From assembly GCA_943789275.1 (NCBI GenBank), contig CALSTM010000002.1:600001-632000 (forward strand): a DNA stretch of 32,000 nt, given 5' to 3'. The stretch comes from Candidatus Poseidoniaceae archaeon (GTDB taxonomy: Archaea; Thermoplasmatota; Poseidoniia; Poseidoniales; Poseidoniaceae). Within the stretch, counting starts at the first letter, position 1. The number at the start of each line of letters is the position of its first letter. Both the position numbers and the translations under genes were made by a program. Shown here piece by piece: positions 31,827-32,000 of the stretch. The notes under the pieces are model-generated. The model did not search any database. It saw only the letters and a list, made by a program, of their open reading frames with translations, and had not been told where the DNA came from.

Positions 31827-32000
31827 TCAAAGTTCTGCTTCATTGAATACTGGTGCAATCGTGTAATCGAACACAATCAACTCAACAGAGAAAGTGACTT
31901 CCTCGCCATTATCTGCTTCGACTGCAAGCCTGGACGGCGTGTACCTGCTTCGGCAGATACGCCAATTTCGGCAGAGTATGCGCCAAGGCCAGCGCCCATC
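31827..32000 (-). CDS. 3' end of an unidentified gene that runs off the right edge of the window
   Basis: The minus-strand frame is open from 32000 to the TGA at 31829-31827 and ends ...VEADNGEEVTFSVELIVFDYTIAPVFNEAEL*. The upstream part of that frame looks non-protein-like, whereas another frame reads GAGLGAYSAEIGVSAEAG, so the frame assignment is uncertain. Confidence 0.25.
   Translation of the reverse strand, partial: DGRWPWRILCRNWRICRSRYTPSRLAVEADNGEEVTFSVELIVFDYTIAPVFNEAEL

Overview
The window reads as a compact archaeal chromosomal segment of about 48% GC, most likely from a marine planktonic euryarchaeote (Marine Group II/Poseidoniales-like; this placement is inference). Three observations support an archaeal origin: a ribosomal protein L15e gene, an intron-containing tRNA-Tyr with a C1-G72 pair, and AT-rich TATA-like boxes about 25 nt upstream of several start codons. 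Most of the window is tightly packed housekeeping and envelope genes. They include L15e, a rhodanese, a SpoU/TrmH methyltransferase, two cryptochrome/photolyase-family genes flanking a DsrE-like gene, and a CDP-alcohol phosphatidyltransferase next to a ceramidase-like membrane hydrolase. Further along are FtsZ, HisRS, an SNF-family transporter, an M14 carboxypeptidase, MscS, UppS, a Nudix hydrolase, RidA and PMM/PGM. Several large secreted Asp-rich, thrombospondin-type-3-like proteins are also present. The most unusual feature is at 16298-16634: three tandem units of about 84 bp with a conserved bipartite palindrome, the last of which merges into the 3' acceptor end of tRNA-Tyr(GUA). On the tRNA-sense strand the units fold into 58-60 nt acceptor-stem-like hairpins that keep C1-G72 and A73. 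The tRNA trailer contains a 13-nt copy of the anticodon arm as it would look with the intron removed. Other points worth a second look are three reading-frame disruptions: an in-frame TGA in a secreted PGF-CTERM-like protein, a ridA frameshift, and a split mscS N-terminus. There is also a 38/42-nt relic of the cryptochrome N-terminus directly after the class II photolyase stop codon, a roughly 170-aa C-terminal extension on that photolyase, and an orphan 506-aa HNH nuclease protein. I found no CRISPR array, integrase, transposase or rRNA.
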